Source: an uncultured Nitrososphaerales archaeon
GTDB taxonomy: Archaea; Thermoproteota; Nitrososphaeria; Nitrososphaerales; Nitrososphaeraceae
Length of the DNA stretch: 64,000 nt
Direction: 5' to 3'
Assembly: GCA_963695855.1 (NCBI GenBank)
Contig: CAVOHZ010000003.1
Location: 64,001-128,000, forward strand
A program made the position numbers and the translations under genes. The stretch's first letter is position 1, and every line of letters begins with the position of its first letter. This document shows, in pieces, positions 63,020 to 64,000 of the stretch. A model generated the notes under the pieces. It was not told the DNA's origin and made no database searches. It saw nothing but the letters and a program-made list of their open reading frames with translations.

Positions 63020-63942
63020 AAATTGTCTATAGTTTCTCTAACTTGATTTTTATCACATGCCTCAGGAGATTTCTGCAAATATAAAATCAAGTCCTCTTTT
63101 GCCAGTTTATTTTTATTCTGGTTTAATCGTACAAACGCTCTGTTCTTATAGATTGGGCCATATCTATTAGGATCAATTTCAATAGCAGATGAATAATATT
63201 TTTCTGATTTTTCGTAGTCACGATTTTTAAGGTAATAATTACCTAAACCTCTAAAAGCAAGATAATAACGCGGATTAATAGAAATTGCTTTATTAAAACA
63301 AATTACTGCTTGAAAAATGTTTTTTTCACTATAACAACTTCCAAGAATTGACCACGCATGAGCATTTTCATGTTCATTTGCAAGGGACTTATTTAATTTT
63401 TCAATGGCTGAGTCAATTTTACCGACAAGAAAATCATTTTCAGCTTCAAAGCAGATCATATTTGAGTCTAAACAAGGTAATGTATTTCTTTTAATAATAT
63501 TTTTCATATCGTTTGGTAACAGAACTATAGTTATATTATCTTCTTGTTCCCATTCTGATTCAAATTTTGCTTCGGGAATAAAACCTTCAGTATCAGGCTT
63601 TGGTATATATGTCATAATTCTCTTTTCCTCTTTATCATAACCCGAGATTAACATTGCATGTTGTGCGAGGTCATACAATCCAGGAAAAATTACAATAGGT
63701 GGAATTCCCTGATCTATTCTTTTTTTAATATCTATCAATGATCCCTTATAGATATAATAACAAAAATCATTTTTTTCTGCAATTTTTAAGCTATCATAAA
63801 TCGATAATAGCGACTTAAATCTTGAAGACTCTGTAAGAAAATTTTCTTCTCCCCAATATTTAAGAACTACTGAAATTATCAGCGGTAACTTTTTATCTTC
63901 TTCAATCAAAGGTAAATTTAAATGGTTTGAAACAGATTGCAT
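63016..63942 (-). CDS. C39-peptidase-like domain + TPR protein
   Basis: VL.YWG, I..G.PPIV, HA..I.GYD; C-terminal TPRs (AW..LG..Y, A...LG..Y). Confidence 0.82.
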   Translation of the reverse strand: MQSVSNHLNLPLIEEDKKLPLIISVVLKYWGEENFLTESSRFKSLLSIYDSLKIAEKNDFCYYIYKGSLIDIKKRIDQGIPPIVIFPGLYDLAQHAMLISGYDKEEKRIMTYIPKPDTEGFIPEAKFESEWEQEDNITIVLLPNDMKNIIKRNTLPCLDSNMICFEAENDFLVGKIDSAIEKLNKSLANEHENAHAWSILGSCYSEKNIFQAVICFNKAISINPRYYLAFRGLGNYYLKNRDYEKSEKYYSSAIEIDPNRYGPIYKNRAFVRLNQNKNKLAKEDLILYLQKSPEACDKNQVRETIDNL

Positions 63943-64000
63943 TTAATATAAAATCGTACAAATCAAATAAAAATCATCCTATCGTGAAATATTTAGGAAG

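Overview
Archaeal DNA that looks like an ammonia-oxidising Nitrososphaeraceae genome (Nitrosocosmicus-like, inferred from gene content and order). The window has two parts. (1) About 1-27.6 kb is an AT-rich accessory island anchored on the 3' end of a minus-strand tRNA-CAT (27569-27642), whose last 19 nt recur exactly at 2014-2032. The island holds three tyrosine-integrase remnants, IS1595, IS5 and two IS630 elements, duplicated 'phasin-like + class III cyclase-REC' modules, a histidine kinase, USP, SDR and a TIR-TM-NHL beta-propeller protein. It is divided by at least eight co-oriented att-like repeats in two families, several carrying tRNA 3'-end-like sequence, which split it into gene cassettes. 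This integron-like tandem array is the most notable signal in the window. (2) About 27.7-64 kb is core genome: a CADD/TenA-like gene, an intron-containing tRNA-Glu, the nuoABCDHIJKMLN operon, tRNA-Leu, rpoN-eno-rps2-MEMO1-mvk-ipk-fni-GGPPS-gltX, FNR, a radical SAM gene, tRNA-Ala and others. Rps2 carries a perfect 15x18-bp repeat. Several core genes have 1-bp frameshifts that may be sequencing errors. All calls come from reading the sequence; no searches were run.
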